A stretch of DNA of 64,000 nucleotides from Podarcis vaucheri (lineage: Eukaryota). Below, piece after piece: positions 38,517-51,300 of this stretch. Positions within the stretch are counted from its first letter, which is position 1. Each line of letters begins with the position of its first letter. The DNA lies in NCBI GenBank assembly GCA_965113315.1, contig OZ220363.1; one strand, 5' to 3'. The notes under the pieces are model-generated. The model was not told the origin of the DNA. It did no database searches and worked only from the letters and a program-made list of their open reading frames with translations. A program made the position numbers and the translations under genes.

Positions 38517-38637
38517 CAGGTGTAGGGAATCTTTGGCCCGCCAGATGCAGCTGAATTCAACTCCCATCAGCCCTACGCCATTGATAACAGGAGCTGTACT
38601 TCAGCACGTCTGTAGGGCCAAAGGTTCCCCACACCTG
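38517..38637. mobile_element. Diverged copy of the 127-bp hAT MITE family
   Basis: caggtgtaggg...aaggttccccacacctg with the same internal layout as 26205-26331. Confidence 0.7.
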
Positions 38638-38773
38638 GGATAGGTTAGTCATACCCCCCTCAACCCCAGCTAGAGCCTTTTTCTATTTGCCTGTTGTCTT
38701 CCCTCCTCCCCCACCAGCCCTCAACATATCAGGAAAGCCTCAGGCAGGAAGGGGCAGAAGTAATACAACGCAC

Positions 38774-38813
38774 CATGCGTGAAGCGCCCAAAACGCCGCG
38801 AGTGGCCACCTTT
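38774..38813 (-). CDS. SPEG: 40-nt exon KGGHSRRFGRFTH(D)
   Basis: Strong pyrimidine tract cttttctttttcctttgcag| and donor G|gtgcgt. Bridges phase 0 to phase 1 exactly. Resembles remembered KTGHSRRAFGRLTH. Confidence 0.85.
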
Positions 38814-41349
38814 CTGCAAAGGAAAAAGAAAAGGAAAAAGCATTACCTCCGATTGAGATGGAGAGAGGGAGATAGTGGAAATATGGTGACGGGGCAGTGC
38901 TCATGGGATATAGTCATCAGTCACCACAGAGACGAGAACCCCAGCAGGAGACCAGGGGAAAGGCTTCAGGGGAAAGGCCTTCCGCCTACTTCTGAACTTG
39001 CTACCAGGGCAAAAAGTGTATCAGCCCCCTACTGTACCATCTACACCAAGCCTTGCAAGGCATGGGATCCACCAGAGCCAAGCACAATGGTCACATCCAC
39101 ATCATACAATTAGTGTGCATGGCTCCTGGGAACTGTAGTTTGATCAGGGTACTGGGAACTGTAGCACTCTGAGAGGTAGACTGCAGATTTCAGGAGTCTC
39201 TGGAGGAAGCAATATACATTAAACATATGACGTGGGTGTGACCCAAGGCCATGTGCTGCCGGCTCCACCAAGAGTCGGGAAAAGTCAGAAGCACAGGAGC
39301 CTGAGTGCTTGTGGTGATCCAGGCAGATCAGAAGAAAGAAGAGGCTGGGAGGAAATCCTCAGAGAGATTGCCCCTAACCCAAAGATAAGCGTTCCACTGT
39401 TTAAATTCTCATCTTGCTGCCCTCTGGTGAGCCCTGAGCAGCTGGGAGTCTGCAGCATTTGGTGAGTCCCCTCAGAAGAGGCACATCTTGTGCATTTCAT
39501 CACAGATGAAGATCCAGTCCAGTTGCCCCAAATGCGCAGGCACACGGAGGCATAGCAACCTAACAGTAACAGGCTGAAGTGCTGCCACTGGCAATGGCTT
39601 CCCCCTCTGCTCACTCTCTCGTCTCCATCATGCTCTTCTATGTGTTTCCGAGCAGCAATCAAGACTTACGGGATCCACCTGGGAAATCATTCCTGGCACA
39701 TGCATCCAGCTACAACTGGATTCCTAGGTGACAGGTTGCCCAAGAACAGGCCAATCATACCGTCCATCAGGGAAGGACGGCTCTCTGAATTCAGGACCAG
39801 TGAAACAGATGCACATGTGTATGTGTGTAAGCTGATACGTGTGCGCACACACAGAGAGCATCTGATGCACAATGTCACCCACTCCTCACTCCCAGATTTC
39901 CTGCTGTCCCATCTCCCAGAAAATTTGCTCTTCCAGCTAGATTTCCACAATGCTAATAGTGAGGTGAAACACCTTGTGCAGCAATAAATGGAGGTGACAG
40001 GATCATTCTGTGATAAGTAAGAGATGTGGTGATGCAGGGTGCTGGCACAAGAGAGAGGGTGATGTACACACCCACCCCACCCAGTTTGGCCTTTTCTCTT
40101 TTGTACTGGACATCATTGAGGTGGGAGGTATCAGAGGCATAAACTCCAGCCAGAAGAAACAAATGCTCCCAACAACTGATCCAGGTGGATTTGTATTCCA
40201 GCCAAGCCAGCTTGCCCAAACAAGACTGGCGCTGGCGGGCAGCCCATGTGCCAGGCCAGAAAGATGTATGAATAGATTAGCTATGCTGTTGGTGGATAAT
40301 TCCCCCATTAAGAAAACGGAAATGCAATAAAACAGCAGTAATGGATACCTGGCTGGCATCCCCCCTGTCGGGCACATGGCAATGGGCAAGCCCTGGCTCC
40401 AGGATCACATACCCAGCAGCTTCCTACTGTGGCACGTTGGGCAAAGAGGCATCTAGGCAGGCAAAGTGCATCCCTGCTCCGTGGCCAATAGCACAAGCAG
40501 CCCAAAATTTAAGGTGGCCACCTTGCTGGACATCCTGCTCAATATGAGTTGCACTAGGATGGTAGGAAAAAGGGGAAATGGCATTTGGACAAAGAGGTAA
40601 GTACCAAGTAAGAAAGGTGTTGCAGCTGGAGGCTGCCAGGAGGCAAATCCCTTCTTAGCAATGGGGATTTGTTGCCTTGGCAATGAATGGGGATACAATA
40701 GCCCTGACTATGGTGTACGGCCTAACTGGACTCCAGCCTTCTTTACCAGGCAGGGTCCTTCTTTCTCTGCCGCTCTCCATTCTTAACTGCATATAGGAGG
40801 AGAGGGAGAGATGCTTTGGATGGCTGTATGCTCCCCACTCCGCCATGTGTGTCAGTCTATTTCCTGCCTGCCTGGCTTGGGATGCAACAGCTCTCTGCTC
40901 TGCAGAAGTGAGAGACTGGCATCCCTGTCCTCAGGTCTAGAAAGCTCATCTCCCCTCAGGCTGCCAAGGCCGCAGGCCTCTGTAGAAACAGAGGAGGAGA
41001 GCCTTGAGCCACCTGATCAAAGATCAAGCATCCTGTTTCCAAGGATGCCCAGACAGATGCTTCTGGACAGATACCAAGCAGGAACGATGACAACCCCCGC
41101 CCCCCTCCTTATTTCATCTGGTGCCCTTGCTTCCCAGTCCCTCCCCTGCAGAGAGGGAAGCTGGTGGGGCATCCTGGCTGGAAGATCAGCGCTGGAGGGG
41201 TAGGGTGGGATGGGGTGGGAAAGTGGTGGGGTACGTTATTACTGGAGCAGGCAGTGGTGGGGTGATGACATGCCCTAGCTATGCCTGCTGTGAATTATTC
41301 CCTTCCCCCTATTAGTTGAACCGTGGAGCCTCCCCCCCCCTTTCTATCA

Positions 41350-42580
41350 TCCCTGCTTGGAGGCCCCCGAGTGACGTCCAGGCCACGAGGAGCTGCGCTC
41401 CTGCCAGGTGCTGACGCGCAGTGCCAGATCATGACGCAGAGGCGCTCAGCCTCCGTGGCCACCGGGCTTGGGGATGGAGAGTAAAAAGAGCCACGACCCC
41501 CCAGGATCCATCGCCTCGGGCATCTTAGGGGAAGAAGAGGCACGGCTCTTTTAATCGCCCCCCATCCCATCCCGGGCATTTCTTAAAAGCCCCAGACAGC
41601 ACCTTGCTCATCATCACCTCGAGCCCAGGGGCTTGGAAGGTGAGCGCAGAGGACCACCGATCTACAACCACCACCCTGGCGTGGCCAACCCCACCCCGGC
41701 AACAAGGTGGCACACATCCCGAGACCAGCGGCGGGGAATCCTACTCCGGGAAAGCCGGGTGGGGCTCCGCGAGGGGTGCGCGTCCTCAGTTTCCCCTCCG
41801 GCGCCCACAACGCCCTGATGATGCCTGCTGGGCACTCCGCCCCTCCCCTCCCCCCGTCCCACGCCCGGACCCGTTACCTGGAGACGCTTCTTCACCCAGA
41901 TCTTCTTCATCTCCGCCCCTCCGTCGCCTCCTGGGCGCCCTCCACCCCACCCCACCCCCCGGCGGTCAGCGCGATGCGGCGGGGCCGGGCTCGGAGCGCA
42001 GGGGCGGCCGGGGCAGAAGGAGCATCCCTCCGCTGGAAGCGGGCGCCGGCCTCTCTCCGCTCGTTGCCTCGCCTGCGCTGGCAGAGCTGCCAGCCAGCCC
42101 GGAGCCTCGCCCGCCGCCCGCCCGCCCGAGACAATGACAGCGCAGGCGGGGAGGTGGGGGGGGGAGGAAGGAGGGGCCGGAGGGAGGGAGGGGTTGGAGG
42201 GAGGAGCTGGGGGGGAGAAATGAGAGGGGGTGGCCCCCCACCCCGCAGAGGAGCTGCCTCCCCTCTAAGCCTGGCGGGGTGGAGAGCTTACCCCTCCCAG
42301 AGCCACCCTCGACAGCGCCCATCAATCCGCGGTTGCCATGGAGGGCTTGGAGGTAGGCGAGGGTTTCTGCCCATCTTGGAAGATGGCGAGGTGGCCTCGT
42401 GGGAAGGATCGAGGCAGGGACGGGCGAAAGGGCGCCGCGGTGCAAAGCCAGGGCTCGGCGTCGGGACGTGGGTCCCGTCTAGTGGGCATCGGCACGGCCC
42501 CGGTGCTTCCCGGCTGCATCCCAAGAGCGCCCTGAGGAAAGCCCCTTGCAGAGGGAGGCGTCTCTCGACAGGAGTTTCCC
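41350..42580. promoter_or_regulatory. CpG island promoter of the MKKIW first exon
   Basis: Very GC- and CpG-dense block with GC boxes and a G-rich purine run (about 42147-42235) around the first coding exon. Confidence 0.85.
41878..41910 (-). CDS. SPEG: Alternative first coding exon, MKKIWVKKRLQ (BPEG/brain-type N-terminus)
   Basis: gagATGa start inside a CpG island, donor CAG|gtaacg (phase 0). Resembles the remembered mammalian alternative N-terminus MKKLWVKKRFQ. Confidence 0.85.
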
Positions 42581-44929
42581 ACGGTACCTAAAGAGAACCT
42601 CCACGTTCAAAGGCAGCATACCCCCAGTGAGGAAGGGGGGGGGCGAGGGACAGGTAACAAGGAAAGGCTGTTGCCTTGTTCCTGCCCTGCTTGAGAGCTT
42701 CCCACAGACATCTAGATAACCAGTGTTAAAAGCAGGATGGTGGACCAGATGCAGTTTTCCTCTGTTCTACAAGGCAGTCCTTGTTTCCTCCTGTCTGAAG
42801 TTGTGAGGTTCAACATCCCCTCTCTCCCTTCTCCATCCATGGATAAAATCTGCCAGTACACAGCGTGACATTCACATGCAAACACACTACACTGCCCACT
42901 ACCCTGAGCAGGACTACGCTTCCCCGTTTTGTGGGTGGGTGTAGTAAGAGTTTTGCTCTAGGTGCAGCACAGAACAACACAGAAGAAGCAAAACTCCTGC
43001 TCAATTTAGGTTAAGTGGGAAAGACCAGGAAGGTGTGTTTGTGTGCAATGCGCGTGCGCGCACACACGCACACAATACTTATGGGTAGAAGGGCTAAAGC
43101 AGGTTGCGGGCAAGGGCTGCATTCCCTTGGTGGAGGGGTCATCAGTTGGAGCCCTCATGAGCCAGAGACAAAGGTGTTTGGGATTATCTACTCCAGAATC
43201 AAGAAAACACCCTTTTCAATTTTCACAATGGCTACCTCAAATTAAAATGCCCAATCCTGTGCAGGTTTGTGCAGAAGTAAACCCCACAAGGTTTGATACA
43301 TAGAACAGAAGACTACAAATTTGTTCTTTGACATCTGGAAGGGGTAAGAGAAACCTTCTTTCCTCCAAGGTATGCAACAAGGGGAGAAAGCAAGTACATT
43401 TATCAAATAAAATACTGACCCTTTAACAATCCAGGAAAGATAAGAAGGAAACGAATAGGAAGATTGCATCTGTGATGGAGTGGAAGAGTGACAGTTTCAG
43501 GAGACATGGGGTGGGGAGCACATAAAATGGGGCTGGGGGCTGTACACAGCCCCTTGCCTTTAGTTTGCCATTGTGTGGGTTAGAGGCTAACTATCAGATT
43601 GCAGCTAATATAAGGCTACCAGCTTCACAAACAATGCCTCCTCTCACTGCCTCCTGCCCAAAATTTCCACACCTTGAATCATCTCCACTTTCAGTCATTT
43701 GTACTCCTCATATCTACCAAACCATTCATTCCTAGCAATCCCTCCAAACAGAAATGGTGAACCAAACATAGCTGACCAAGATCCCACCATAGAGGGTACT
43801 TCGTGCAACCTCTTTGGGGGCCCAGCAGAACCACACAGAACTCTGACGACACTCCTGACCCTCTTTCCAGCGATAGGCTTTACCAACACAGCCGCTCAGC
43901 TCAAGCAGTGCAAAGAAGGTCAAATCAGGACACTCTAACTCCAGCATAAGATGCATAAACTTAGGGAGAAATGGGAGCACTTCAGGATTGTTGCAGAAGG
44001 ATCACCATGCTGACTCAGACTACTTCATGCTGGTTCACCTTGGTCAGCATTTTGCCTTGTGCAATGGCAGACTCCAGATGAGAAGTTTATAAGCTTACAA
44101 GCAGTACAGAATGGCAATACCCAACCTGTGAGCTCCCCTGAATGAGGAGATTGAATCTCTGGTTGTCATGCCTTGTGCTGAATCAGACCATTCGTCAATT
44201 GCTTGCATGGGCTAACAGCCGCTCTCCAAGGTTTCTTTCCTAGCTCACCCTGGAGATGCTGAACCTGTGATCTGTCTGTGCAAGGAATGGATCACTGAGC
44301 GATGGCTTATCCCAAAGTGGTTAAACAATCAATCCTTCTTCCCATGGAAATCTGGGGATTGTGGGAGTGTGTGGGGAGGTGTCCCTTAACACTCAGCACT
44401 CTTAAAAGATTACAGTTCATAGGATTCTTGGGGGGGGGGGAACCATAGATGTTTGCAGTGTTATATTGTGCTTTTAAATGAATGGTGTGAATGTGGCCAG
44501 TGTGTCCACTCTAGCTTATCTAACAACTATCAACTCTCTTATGAGTACTGTATACTCAAGTGTCACCTTCATCTCATTCTCCCTCGTTGTCCCTCTAGCC
44601 TACCAACCAACTTACTTTTCCCTTAAATGACTCTCTCTCTTTGTCTCAACATTTCAAAAACAGCAAAGAGTCCTGCATCTGACGAAGTGGACAATAGTCT
44701 ACAAGAAGCCTACAAAAGTTACCGTAGTCTTTAAGATGCCTCAAGACTCTTTGTTGTTTGCACTATTGAAGGCAAGGCAATGTGCATAGACCACTTCCAC
44801 CCTCAAATGTATTCTTTACACACATCTAATGTGTGCCCTCAGTTACATATTTAGCATGTTGCAAGTGTGTGAAAGGCTGCTTCCAAAAATGGATCCACTT
44901 AGATGTATTTGCTTTAAAGAGAGGCGGTG

Positions 44930-45064
44930 GTGATGTGCATATTCTTCCTCCTCCCCATTTTATCTTCACGACAACCCTGTGAATTAGGCTTCATGGCTGA
45001 GTGGGAATTTGAACCCTGGTCTCCGTGGTCCTTGTCCAGCACTCTAATCACTATACCACACTGG
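44930..45064 (-). mobile_element. MIR/CORE-like SINE fragment
   Basis: ccccattttatcttcacgacaaccctgtga...ggaatttgaaccc...ctaatcactataccacactgg. Confidence 0.55.
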
Positions 45065-46447
45065 GTCTCATAAGCCCGACGGCAGGGGATGGCCTTACTA
45101 AGAAATTCTGGGAGCTTCATATAAATAAATATTCTTGTAGATTTGCAGGACCAAAGCAGGCCATAATTAGATGTGGGGGTTTGAAATTGCATGGAGCGAG
45201 TGGCAGTCTGCATGAAACAATATGCCTGCTGCACATAGTCACACAACATGGTTCCTATCATCAGTAAAAAAAAAAAAAAAAATAGTGTGAATTGGATACT
45301 AGCAGATAAAGAAAAGGAACATTAGTTTGAAATGGATCAAACGGTGCACACTTAAGGTGGAAATTCTACTTGAAAATATAAACAAGGCCTTACTCTGTGG
45401 GATATGAGAATCTGAGGGCTGACTGCGTCATTTCACACAGGGGGGTAAACATATCTTCCTCGTTTCAGATACTTTTGTGCAGACAGACAGCGACAGCTTC
45501 AAGCTTTTGATAAGCTGATTGTGCAGTCCTCACAGGGAATGAAAAGAAATTTGTACTTTCCAAAAGAAAAGAAGGAATAGTTATTTCACATCAGTCCAGA
45601 GCCTGGACACATGGGATCCCTATCTGAAGGTGTCATGTTGGCAAGATATAAGATAGGCCAAGATCTAGCTAAAAACATACTTTCTTAGCCTTTCTAGCAC
45701 CAGAAAAAGAGAGGACAGAACTCCTGCACCTTTAATAGTTGCACTGAAGAGGGAATTTCAGCTCTGCAAACGCCAAAAGAGTGGAATTACATCACAAAAA
45801 ATAGAGAAAGGAGGGGCAGATTTGCATACATTTTGCATATGTTCATTTATATAGAGAGATGCAAAGCTAGGAAAAAATACCATAATTTAAATGGATATGC
45901 ATTTCTTTAAAAATATTTCATGGAAGAACGCAGGAGGCAATTCGTATAAAACGTGCATTTCTGAAGCTAGAAATGGGAATAAGCAGAGGTGGGGGAAACC
46001 AATGGCTGCATAGGCTCCCCAGGGTCCAATTCATAACTGGTCCATTAACAATGGATCCACTCCGAGGTCTGAAAGTGACCCTTTTAAAAAGAGGTCATTT
46101 ATGAGCTGGCGAAGCCTCTAAATCCAAGTGCATTCCCAGTGGTGTCTGCTCTATTAGGGCAGATGGGGCACTGCCCCACCGACCTCAGTCTGCTCTCAGC
46201 CAGCCCCCACCTGCTTGCCTCCTTACCTACAGCCAGACCGGGGGGGGGGCACTGCCTGCCAGCTTCCTTCTCATTAGGCTCAAGGCATATACAAATTAGC
46301 AGCTTAAAACACAGCAGTTGGTTCCCCCTTCCCACCCTTTGCGTTCGAAGTAGCATTTTAAAATTGCTGTACACATCATGACCTGGTTTATTTCTCCATC
46401 TGCCCCCACCACTACCATGCACCCAAATTATTATTCAATGAAGCTGT

Positions 46448-46500
46448 CATCTGCACAATGACAGCAGATGCCTGGGCCAATTTTGGTTTATTAAAAATAA
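46448..46500. promoter_or_regulatory. Candidate muscle enhancer (2 E-boxes, CArG, MEF2)
   Basis: CATCTG 46448, CAGATG 46465, CCAATTTTGG 46477-46486, TTAAAAATAA 46491-46500. Confidence 0.45.
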
Positions 46501-48094
46501 AAAGAACTGCAAAAAATTGGGCACACACTCACACAAATCTAGCAAGTGGATTGATACCCAACTCAAGTTCATCCCAAACTAAAGGAAACCAGGAAATGCC
46601 AGGGGCAGCAATGCTCACTGACCTTCTAGTTAGGCAAGGTTGTGGGTGATTTTTCTTTTCTGGGAAGCTAAATTTGCAGTTGCTGCTGCCTTTTAAAGAT
46701 AACAGTAAATGTCTCAGAAATCTTCATGTTGGGTTGCTTTTGGGCCAGAGTCTTGATGCTAGAAGCATTCTTAAGGAGCAATAGGGGTGGAAGGAGATAG
46801 CATAACATACAGTGGAATCCCTACGGACTTGTTAAAAAGAAAACATCCGCAAAACTAATCCTTTTCCCACTCATTGTTTTTCCCCAACTGTGGGCGGTTA
46901 GTATACTGGAGAAGGCGAAAGCAACGGTGCAGGCTGAAAAGCTTTTAGGGGGGCATTTGCATAAGACATTTTTATATGTTCACAAGAGAAATGTGGGCTG
47001 GATGAAACTACCGTCAAGAGAATGCTCAGTGGGGCTGAAGACGCAACACTTTCAGACTAATTGGAAAGGGGATAAAGCCAAATGATCAATGTTTGTCTAG
47101 ACCCCATTAGTTCCTCTCTGTGCTACTCCTTGCTCACTTCGATTCCACACAGACGTCAATATGGGCGCAGTCTCAGATCCAAGCAACCCTCATTTGCCCT
47201 GTTATGTACTACCCAGTCTTTCACAGAGGAAGGCAGGAGCGCCTACTAACACCTCTCTTCTCACAGCCCCCCCGCCGTGCTCCCCCCATTACACATTGAC
47301 TTGCTGGACCCTGAAAACACCTTCCTGGTACTGGTTTTTGAAGCAGAGCATGAGCTTCAGAAACTGAACATAACAGTTTCCCAATTGTAAGAGTTTACTG
47401 ACTATAAATAGTTCCTCATTTTATTTTCATTTGATCGCTTTTCTTCTTGCAGGTTATGCAACATCACAAATTCGACAAAAGAACCCCTCCCACAACAATA
47501 ACCACAATGCAGCACCAAAGGGAGCAACGTTATATAGAACACCAAAGAAAAAAGAAAGATTCCAGGTTATCCAGTAAAGAGAAGCCACAGAAAATCAGAA
47601 ACTAAACCAGCCAGAAGATTTTATATGCTGTAGTATGTAACCAGAAATAGTTTTGAAAACTGAAAGAGGTTGGAATGAAATATTAAGTTTCAGAATAAGT
47701 CTGGTTGAATTTATAGAATAGCAGCAGCACATCCGGACACATTTGCTACCCGGTTGCGGAGGCTGGGTGAGCAAAGAAATAAGCGCACTGGCATTTTGTG
47801 GGTTAACAAGTACAACAAAATGGTGCAGCCTGGAGATTTTCTTGTTTGGCATTCCAGCCATTCCATTTCTCATCTCCCCAGTTTTGTTCCTCCCTCAATG
47901 CTCAGTCAGCATTCCAGCACCATTCCAGCATTCCTGGATTAGAATAGCTCAGCAACAGTTACCTGTGCTCTGGTAACCTCATATTTAGATGGCTGCAACA
48001 CATTCCATGCACGACTACCTGCAGCTAGCGTGGAAGGTGGCTGCTACTTTTGTGAGTGGTCCTGTGCAAACTGCACTGGTTTGCCAATATGCTA

Positions 48095-48300
48095 TTGGGA
48101 TCAGTTCAAGGTTTTTGTCACTCACTTACAAATCCCTGAATGACTTTGTTCCCAAACACTTAAAACTCTCCTTTATTAGCTGCAGCCTGCAGAGGAAGCC
48201 CTCTTCATGATCCCATCACCAAGCATAGCGCATGGGGTAGTGATGTGGGGAAGGGCCTTATCTGTGGTGGCACCCCATCAATGGCACTCCTTCCCCCTAG
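48095..48300 (+). mobile_element. Decayed L2/CR1-group LINE ORF2 3' fragment
   Basis: cagttcaaggttttt..tacaaatccctgaat..agggccttatctgtggtggcaccc..tggcactccttccc, typical of an L2 C-terminus. Confidence 0.5.
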
Positions 48301-51300
48301 AGTAGGGGTGGGCAGATGCCAGACTTTCTGGAACCACTTTGGGTTTTTTAATCAAACCCCAGGATCTACGGGTGCAAAAGCTGTAACAGTTGATATCAGA
48401 TTATTTGGAGCCTGAGTCATTTAGGGCTTTCAACATCAACTTTAGCACCTTGAAGCGGGCCTGGAAATGAACCAGCAACCAATGCAGCTGTTTTAAAACA
48501 CAGCATCTGGAAGGAACCCCAGCCAGCATCTGGCTGCTGCACTGTGGACCAACTCAAGTTTCTGAGTCGTCTTCAAGGGCAGCCCCAAGTATATGGGCAG
48601 GATTCTTTGGAGAAAGTCATGTGCCTTAAATGTAGAGTGTGTATGTAGCCAGAGCTTAACCTTCAGTGACCTGAGGAGAGCTGAACCCTACAGAATGGAA
48701 AGTAGGCCAACGTACATGGACTACATTTTTATTCTTCGGCTATGATGATGGAATTATCGCCAGTCATGGCTGTTGTGAATGTGGTCATTTTGCATAATTT
48801 AAGCTTTACATAGATTGTACTTTTTGTATTTTATTACCCCGCTGTTGTGCTGTTCACAAGACACCTCCCCCACCCCCCGTCTATACCCGTAGATATTTTA
48901 TACAGCTGTCAAATGTGGGCTCCGATCCATGAAGGCTGGTGCCATAATAAACCTGTTAGTCACAAACCCCTTTATTCAATTCTTAAGGGGGGGGGGGAAT
49001 CATCCCTCAGTCTCCCGAAACAGTCAAAATAGTGACAACGATTTACCAGGGACTTGAAAACAGAGATTGCTCTTGATAAATAAGAACAGTTGGAACATTT
49101 GCTGTATATTTCACACATTCGTGCACAGGATGCAGATATTCATTTCCTCCACCCTTCCACATTTTGGGGAACATGGTTTTTTCATTTAAAAAAGGAAGCA
49201 GCTGACATTTTCTAAGCTGACAGGAATTTTAAAAGGGCCTAATGCAGAAAGCACTAGTGTCGAGGAGAACATTCCCTTCACCAGGATTTCCTTTGATATC
49301 ATCATCATGGCAAGGACCCCAGACTGGCTGTGGCCTGTCCCACCTTGTACCCAGGCCTCCACCTTGGGGAGAAAGATCCGGCCAGGGTGCTGACTATGAC
49401 ATCACCAGCTTTGCGCCTAGGAAGCCTTGAGGGGAGAAGGGAGCTACCAAACTGCAACCTGACCCCCCTTGTTTAGCTCTCTGGGTGTCTGTCCACAAGG
49501 CTAAGTTGCTTAAGATAGGCTGTGTCATTCACAGCACAGTCTCTTCTCCTCCCTGCAGTGCCATGACCTTCAAGGGACACGGGCCTGGCCTGGCATTTTC
49601 CCAGCCGCAGTTTAACAATAACATGGAAGGGGAGCTGCGGCAAGCTCCTGACTTTATTGTTTTAACTCTTTTTAACTGTTATGTTTTCAATTTTTTGTTT
49701 TATTCTATATTTTAACTGGGGAAGCTTTAATACCCCCAATGGCTTTGCTATTGTGCATTTTAATTATGTATTGAGTTTATAGCTGTAAACCACTTAGAAG
49801 CCATTTTGGAATATAAGAAGTATATAAATCAATAAATGACATAACAACAACAATCATTAAGGGAGAGTCTCTTTGAGTCCCAAGCCTCACGTGTAGCAAA
49901 GTGTCTGCATACTTCCTATCTGCACTTAAAGACTATATATAAATAATGCCTAGTGTACATTTACCAAATGTGTACCTACAATGAACAGTGTGCCTTGAAA
50001 TGTACCTCCTGCTCCAATCACAGCCTATGGTGTTAAGGTCTGAATACCGCTGTGAAAATGCAAAAATGGTTATGTTATTATGAAAAGGTACCCAAAATTC
50101 CTCAGCATGCAGCGCATGCAGCATCCCCAGAACCGCCTAGGTGCTCATGCCACTTGCTTGCTGCTTCATTCATGGTTTGCGTAATGTAAAAGAAAGTGTA
50201 CATATTTGCATCTGTCAAACACTGAAGCGTAGGAGTGAGCCAGAGTCCCAGAAAGGCATAAGCTCCATGCATAACACATGTATATGCGCAAGCTGAACAA
50301 AAGGTGAAAGCCATTAGCACAGTAGAAGTACAAAAAATACCGGGAGGCACCAGATTTCGTTCAACAGACAAGCCTATAAGAAACAGCCTGCTATCCTGCT
50401 GCTTTTACAAGAACAAGGTGATGGAGTGTGCCAACTAATGCTCACCTCTGTGTGTGTTTATTCTGGCAGAGCTCCTGAGCTTTTAACACGGGGGTGGGAA
50501 CTTGAAGCCCTCCAGCTGTTGTGGGGACTCCCCATCCCTGCTTTAGCAGCTGCAGGCAGGTAGAATTTCAGCTAGTAAAAGCTCAATCCCTTCAGGTAAA
50601 AAGTTTCACCTGCTGGTTTACTGGCTGCCATGCAGCAGTTAAAAAATCACAAGGGGTGGGGAAATTGGACAGCCCTGATACCAGCATGTATCATTTACTA
50701 ATGATCTCCAGCCACAAACACCTGCACAAGAGGCAACCTTAAAATGAACCATAATTTTAATGTGAAAGAGCAGCATGCTGGTACATGATGCTCAGAAGTT
50801 CCCTTGGTGCTACTCTCCCATTCCAGCTGCTGCCACACCATGAATGAAACAAGTCACAATATGGCTCATCACCTCGTCCAAACCTGGGCTCGTGGTTTGT
50901 TTCTCCCAAACAAACAACTGTCATTAAGTGAAGAACAAACCTTGGTTACCACTTATGTTTGTTTGGAGAGAAACAAACCATGAGCCTGGGTTCAGACGAC
51001 ACAAAAAAGCAGACTCTGGCCTGTTTCATTCATGGCTTTGCAGCAGTAACAGCAGGGAAGGAGCTCCGTGGAAGCTTCTGAACAGTATGCACCATCATGC
51101 TCCTTATTCCCATAAAACAATAGTTTGTTTTAGACTATGGTTTAATATAATATGCAAACCAACCACAAAACACTAGAACCAGAAGATTAGCCAAAGTGCA
51201 CATAAGACTACACATTCTAAACAAACTGTCTTTCAACACACTAAAGACCAATACATCTCACAGGGTGGCCAGGTGAACGAATGGGCAAGATTTCCCAGCA

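Larger units (their letters stand above)
1..42150 (-). other. SPEG: SPEG locus, 5' half (multi-exon gene continuing past position 1; 5' end approximate)
   Basis: Chain of exons with matching splice phases. Translations match remembered SPEG peptides ([77 protein letters not shown]). Confidence 0.97.

Noticed and set aside
41604-42591. Long plus-strand ORFs (177 aa and 294 aa) over the CpG island
   Set aside because: Low-complexity Arg/Gly/Pro/Ala translations expected from stop-poor GC-rich DNA; no domain signal
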